Source of the DNA: Sedimentisphaerales bacterium
GTDB lineage: Bacteria; Planctomycetota; Phycisphaerae; Sedimentisphaerales; Anaerobacaceae
Direction of reading: 5' to 3'
Assembly (NCBI GenBank): GCA_963708075.1
Contig: OY970194.1
Location: 6,016,001-6,080,000 of the forward strand
DNA length: 64,000 nt
Part shown: positions 59,441-64,000 of the stretch, piece by piece
Layout: the number at the start of each line of letters is the position of its first letter
Position numbering within the stretch: the first letter of the stretch is position 1
Notes under the pieces: model-generated
The model's input: only the letters and a program-made list of their open reading frames with translations
Told to the model about the DNA's origin: nothing
The model's database searches: none
Program-made: the position numbers and the translations under genes

Positions 59441-59904
59441 TTCTTCGGCGGGAAGGGCTGCATCGAGCAGTTGTCGAGCTCGGCGATCTTCTGGACGCGC
59501 CGGGCGTGGCGGCCTCCGTCGAAGGGCGTGGCGAGCCAGATATCGATCATTTCGAGGGCCAGGTCGAGAGAGACCGCGCGGGCTCCGATGGATATGGCGT
59601 TGGCATCGTTGTGGGCCCGGCTGAGCCTGGCCCCTTCTTTGGTCCAGCACACGGCACAGCGGATGCCGCGGACCTTGTTGGCCACGATCGTCTCCCCGTT
59701 GCCGCTGCCGCCCATCACGATTGCCCGGTCACACTCGCCCTTGGCGACGGCCAGGGCCGCCGGATAGATGAAATCCGGGTAATCGCACGCCTCGGCCGAG
59801 TAGGTCCCAAAGTCCGTGACCTCGTGGCCCTTCTTGGCGAGATACTGCTTGATCTTTTCCTTATACTCATACCCTGCGTGGTCTGTACCCAACGCGATCT
59901 TCAT
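59437..59904 (-). CDS. rpiB: Ribose-5-phosphate isomerase B
   Basis: GTDHAG, DYPD, GGSGNG, ANKVRGIR, RAHNDAN, GGRHARR. Confidence 0.95.
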   Translation of the reverse strand: MKIALGTDHAGYEYKEKIKQYLAKKGHEVTDFGTYSAEACDYPDFIYPAALAVAKGECDRAIVMGGSGNGETIVANKVRGIRCAVCWTKEGARLSRAHNDANAISIGARAVSLDLALEMIDIWLATPFDGGRHARRVQKIAELDNCSMQPFPPKK

Positions 59905-60062
59905 CGTTGCTCCTTCATTCTCAGCACATTCTCACGCTAAAAGCCCAATGTAACGGCCCGGACGACGGACTGCAACCGCAAACCTCGCCTCGAAAAGCCG
60001 CCAATGGGGCAAAAATCCCTTCCTTTCCGCGGGGATATGCCCGCGGAGTCTCGGGACAAGCG

Positions 60063-60091
60063 TTGACATTGAGGGACGGGTGACGTATATT
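60063..60091 (+). promoter_or_regulatory. sigma70 promoter
   Basis: TTGACA-17-TATATT followed by RBS AAGGAG. Confidence 0.65.
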
Positions 60092-60114
60092 ATAGGCGAA
60101 AGGAGCGGTGAGAA

Positions 60115-61662
60115 ATGGGAACGAAATCAGGTCACTATGCTGGTTTGTCGGCCACGGTTGCCCTTCTTGGTGCTGTTCTATTGCTTGGAGGCGTGCAGGC
60201 GGATTCCGTCTTCAGCCAAGCAGGTGGGACGGCGATAGTCGACGTATGCGAGCCGACCGCTCGCGCCGTGGACTTCAACGCGGATGCGACGGTCAACTTC
60301 CCGGATTTTGTTCGGCTGGCTCAGCACTGGCGAGATGTCAATGCCACAACTGATGTCGCCCCCTGGCCGGCAGGGGACGGCGTGGTGGATTTCAACGACC
60401 TGTCGGTCCTTACGCGGTTCTGGCTGCAGGATGCGGCACCCCCGATCTACATCACATGGCTGGGACATGCGAGCGTCCGAATTGCACAGAAGGATTTGGT
60501 GATCTATGTCGATCCGGTGGACATAACGACGTCGCCGAAGGATGCAACACTGATCCTCATAACGCACAGTCACGCCGATCACTACTCAGCCGCTGATATC
60601 AGCAGGGTAGCCGGGCCCACTACACAGATCATCGCACCGGTCGGCGTGGCTACGAACCATGCTCGCAGACAGTCCATCGCTCCGGGGCAGACCATTGAAC
60701 TGCCGAATGTCCGGATCATCGGGGTCGCCTCGTACAACATCAACAAGTCGAATCATCCCAAGGCCAACAACTGGGTCGGCTTCATCGTGCAACTTGGCTC
60801 CAAGCGCATCTACTGTGCCGGCGATACCGACCTGACGCCGGAGATGAAGGCCTTGACGGATATCGATGTCGCGTTCCTGCCCGCCGGTGGAACGTACACG
60901 ATGACAGCCGCAGAGGCCGCCGACGCCACGAAGTATTTCATGCCCCGCTTAGCGATCCCGTATCACTGGGGCCGCAGCGTCGGCACGCTCGCCGACGCAC
61001 AGTTGTTCGCGAAGAATGCTGCCTGCAACGCCAAGGTCATGACCAAGGGCGAAACGATCAGCTCCGACGATTGGAACAAGGATTTCTCGATGGCGGCGCA
61101 CTGGAAGCTGGACGAAGCCTCGGGCAACGTCGCGCGGGACAGCAATGGCAGCAACCATGCGACCCTCAACGGCGGGCCCGTCTGGAAGCCTGCCGATGGC
61201 AAGATCGACGGCGCGCTGGAACTCGACGGGGTCGACGATTACGTCAGCACGCCATTTGTCCTGAACCCCTCAGGCCAGGCCTTCAGCATCTTCGCCTGGA
61301 TCAGGGGCGGTGCTGCCGGGCAGGTAATCGTCTCCCAGCAGAACGTGGCAAACTGGCTGATGGCAGAGGCCTCGGACGGTGCCCTGTTGACGGAACTCAA
61401 TGGCGCCGGGCGCACCGGCAAGCCCTTGAAAACCGCTGTGGTCATTACGAACGGCGAATGGCATCGCATCGGCCTTACGTCGGACGGCACAACCCGGACT
61501 CTCTACGTCGATGATATCGAAGCCGCCAAGGACACACAACCCGGCTTGATCGGCTCGACCGCCGGCTTGTACATCGGCGCCGGCTGCACCCTCGCCCCCG
61601 GCACCTTCTGGTCCGGCCTGATCGACGACGTCCGCATCTCCAACCGGGCAGTCAAACCGTAA
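60115..61662 (+). CDS. Secreted dockerin-like + metallo-beta-lactamase-fold hydrolase + LamG protein
   Basis: DFNADATVNFPDF/GDGVVDFNDL, WLGHAS, THSHADH, AGDTD, PYHW, AHWKLDE, LYVD, IDDVRI. Confidence 0.85.
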   Translation: MGTKSGHYAGLSATVALLGAVLLLGGVQADSVFSQAGGTAIVDVCEPTARAVDFNADATVNFPDFVRLAQHWRDVNATTDVAPWPAGDGVVDFNDLSVLTRFWLQDAAPPIYITWLGHASVRIAQKDLVIYVDPVDITTSPKDATLILITHSHADHYSAADISRVAGPTTQIIAPVGVATNHARRQSIAPGQTIELPNVRIIGVASYNINKSNHPKANNWVGFIVQLGSKRIYCAGDTDLTPEMKALTDIDVAFLPAGGTYTMTAAEAADATKYFMPRLAIPYHWGRSVGTLADAQLFAKNAACNAKVMTKGETISSDDWNKDFSMAAHWKLDEASGNVARDSNGSNHATLNGGPVWKPADGKIDGALELDGVDDYVSTPFVLNPSGQAFSIFAWIRGGAAGQVIVSQQNVANWLMAEASDGALLTELNGAGRTGKPLKTAVVITNGEWHRIGLTSDGTTRTLYVDDIEAAKDTQPGLIGSTAGLYIGAGCTLAPGTFWSGLIDDVRISNRAVKP

Positions 61663-61692
61663 GCAAGCTGAAGGCGACCTGCACGTCTCCTG

Positions 61693-64000
61693 TTATCTTC
61701 GTTGGGATGCAGGAGATGCCGTTTCTCCAGTGGACTTGGGGGGCTGTCGGCGGGAGTCATCGGGCAATTGCAGGACGAACTCCTTGCCGGCGTCTTCTGC
61801 GCCGCCGACCTGGTAGGGCACATCGTCCTCGGCATAGATCGGTCCCCGTCTGTTGAAATCGGTCACACGGAACTTGCCTGCGGAGTGAGCCGGCAGGCTC
61901 ACTGTGACAGAGCCGGTGCCAAGCCTGGGATGTATCAACGTCCGCTGAAAACCGCTCTCGAAGATGCACGCGACGTACGCGTCCGGAGCGAGGTTGCCCT
62001 TGTTATCGACGACCTTCACGACGACTCGTACGCCGGGCGGGAACTTGACCCGGCCCAGATCCAGGACCTGGCCCTGTTTGAGCGTGACGGTCCCGAGATA
62101 GGCCGGAGCCAGAGTTAGTTCGCGAGAGGACATGGTCAATGTGAGCTTCGCGTCGGCCGGGACGTAGAGGCTCTGTGTGGCATTCGGCTGCAGACTCCGC
62201 GTGTAGAACAGGCTGATATCGGGGGTCCCCGGAGGTCTGGCCATGAAGTCGTCCTTCCAGGGCGGCTTGGCACCGGGCGGAGAGGTCCAGTCAAACCAGA
62301 CGTCCTGTATTCCGTTGCCATAGCCTGGGTCGGAGACGACCGGATGAATGAGCACCTTCGCGGCGGGGACCAGCTTCATCAGCGGTACGTTAGCCACGCC
62401 ATTCGCATCCGGCTCAAGCCATCGGCGCTCCCGCCCATCGAATCCGCGGCCTTCGGGAAACACAGTGAATTCAAGCGATTGTTCGAGGCCGAGGAAATCC
62501 GGTGCAACGGCCAGGAGCGAATTCCACGAAGATTCGAGGTTCTCGCTTCACAGGCAGCGTGAATCGCCCGTCTTCATCGCTTTGCGTCACATGAATGATC
62601 TTTTGCCAGGTATCCTCTCCCGGACGCGCAAAGATGCTCTTGATCGGCGCCAGCGCTGGGTGGGCCGGATCGATCCGCGGTCCCAGGGCACGTATGGCGG
62701 CCCACTGTTCGCTGGTCAGGCAGGCGGGGTCGTATTCCGGCGTCCCTTCCGCGCAAGATGACGACACTGGCAACGGGTTGACCGGTGATGGCATGGACGA
62801 CTCGTCCTGTGTATATGACATCGGCTTTCTCGATTCTGTTGGGGCGGAATGTGAACACTGTGGACGGATCGTTGACCTCCACCGGCTCGAAAGTGTAGAG
62901 CTTGCGATCCCATTCGGCCTCGGCGTAATATGTCCCCGCCATGAACTCCCGTTCCTCCGAGGGCTCATCATATGGGCGTACGCCCATCATAGTTCGACCG
63001 GGAGTTCTGATCTCAATCGTGACAGCCTTCAGCCGGTTCGGATCGGTCACTGGACCTTCTTCGTCATGGAAGATCATCGTGGGAAATTGGTGAGTCTTGT
63101 CCTCCGGCCGCAATAGCTTGATCGTTCCCACGTCTATGGCCCCATCGTGGCCGCGCCGCATGGGGAATGAGTCTATCCGACCTGTACGACCGTCGGACAC
63201 TGTTGCGCTGAAGTAGCTCATGTACGAACTCCAGCCGAGGCCCGATACGAAGGTGAATTGAAAGACCCCGTTGGCGTCGGTCACAATTGCTCGGTTAGAG
63301 TCCTGGTAGAGGAGTTGGGGCGATGCGGCGGCGGTCTCCCGGGCCGCCCAATCGCGTAACTGTCGCCACCAGTCGTTCGTCTGGGAAGGTGGGTCCGCTG
63401 GTGAGTAGGTGCGGTAGGTTTCGACGAAAACGCCGGGCATCGGCTCGCCTGTATGTCCGTCCACGACCCGCCCGCGATAGATGATTGGCTTGGGCGCCTT
63501 GACCACGATAGCTGTTGGGCTGTCGGTGGTCAGAACGACGTCGGCGAACTTGAAGTGTTCGCCCCATCGTGCGCTGGTGGCTTGCAGCACACCCTGGGGC
63601 AGGGCAACGCCGTCCTTCCACTGTTCGTATCTGAGTTGGCGCCACGGCCGATCATCTCGCATGAGAGTCAATCGGATGTTCTTGAGCTCGTCCAGGCTCG
63701 TGACCGGGCCTTCGGCGTACTCGAAGGAGAACGTGTGAAAGTACTCCTGTGCGTCCATGGCTGTCAGGACGACCGTTTGTTTCGTCCCTGCCTGAATGAC
63801 AATCGGTGTGTCCTTACCCGCCTGACGCAGGTTTGACGCCAGGGGCGGCTCGATCTCCAGGTAATACCGGGTGCCGGCCGGTGGCAAGCCCTGCAACTCA
63901 AGCTCTTCCGTCATCATCGGCGAGCAGATTGTAAACTGCCCATTGGCGTCGGTGACCACACGGCTGCGCAGAACTGAAGGATACACGTCGTTTCCGTCGG
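61693..64000 (-). pseudogene. 3' part of a large carboxypeptidase-regulatory-like repeat protein interrupted by two frameshifts (~62755 and ~62520)
   Basis: Repeats VTDANGQF, YRGRVVDGHTGEP, YTGRVVHAITGQP, SDEDGRF continue across three frames; gene begins beyond the window. Confidence 0.6.

Overview
GC-rich bacterial chromosomal window. Dockerin-like EF-hand modules, LamG fusions, TPR proteins and the REP types suggest Planctomycetota, possibly Phycisphaerae/Sedimentisphaerales (inference). Most of it is housekeeping and accessory genes: serpin, argB-argD-argF, a tandem pair of B12-binding radical SAM genes, a tandem M14 peptidase pair, a nuclease, a Zn-dehydrogenase, ahcY, a diguanylate cyclase, an ABC exporter, a kinase/phosphatase pair, tRNA-Asn, ligA-ribD, dxs-nadK, groES, topA and rpiB. 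The best candidate for an undescribed system is 29.8-38.5 kb, downstream of tRNA-Asn. It encodes two Sec-exported fimbrial/pilin-like beta proteins, a duplicated PapD-like chaperone, a 1255-aa secretin with eight N-terminal beta-sandwich repeats, and a lipoprotein. There is no usher, ATPase, type IV prepilin or inner-membrane platform in the locus, so it looks like a 'chaperone-secretin' fibre pathway, and it has unusually long structured leaders. Other oddities: an orphan ~130-nt promoter-to-terminator RNA before dxs, an orphan terminase large subunit, many palindromic elements (three inserted in-frame inside proteins) and two frameshifted genes. All family calls are by motif recognition only; no searches were run.
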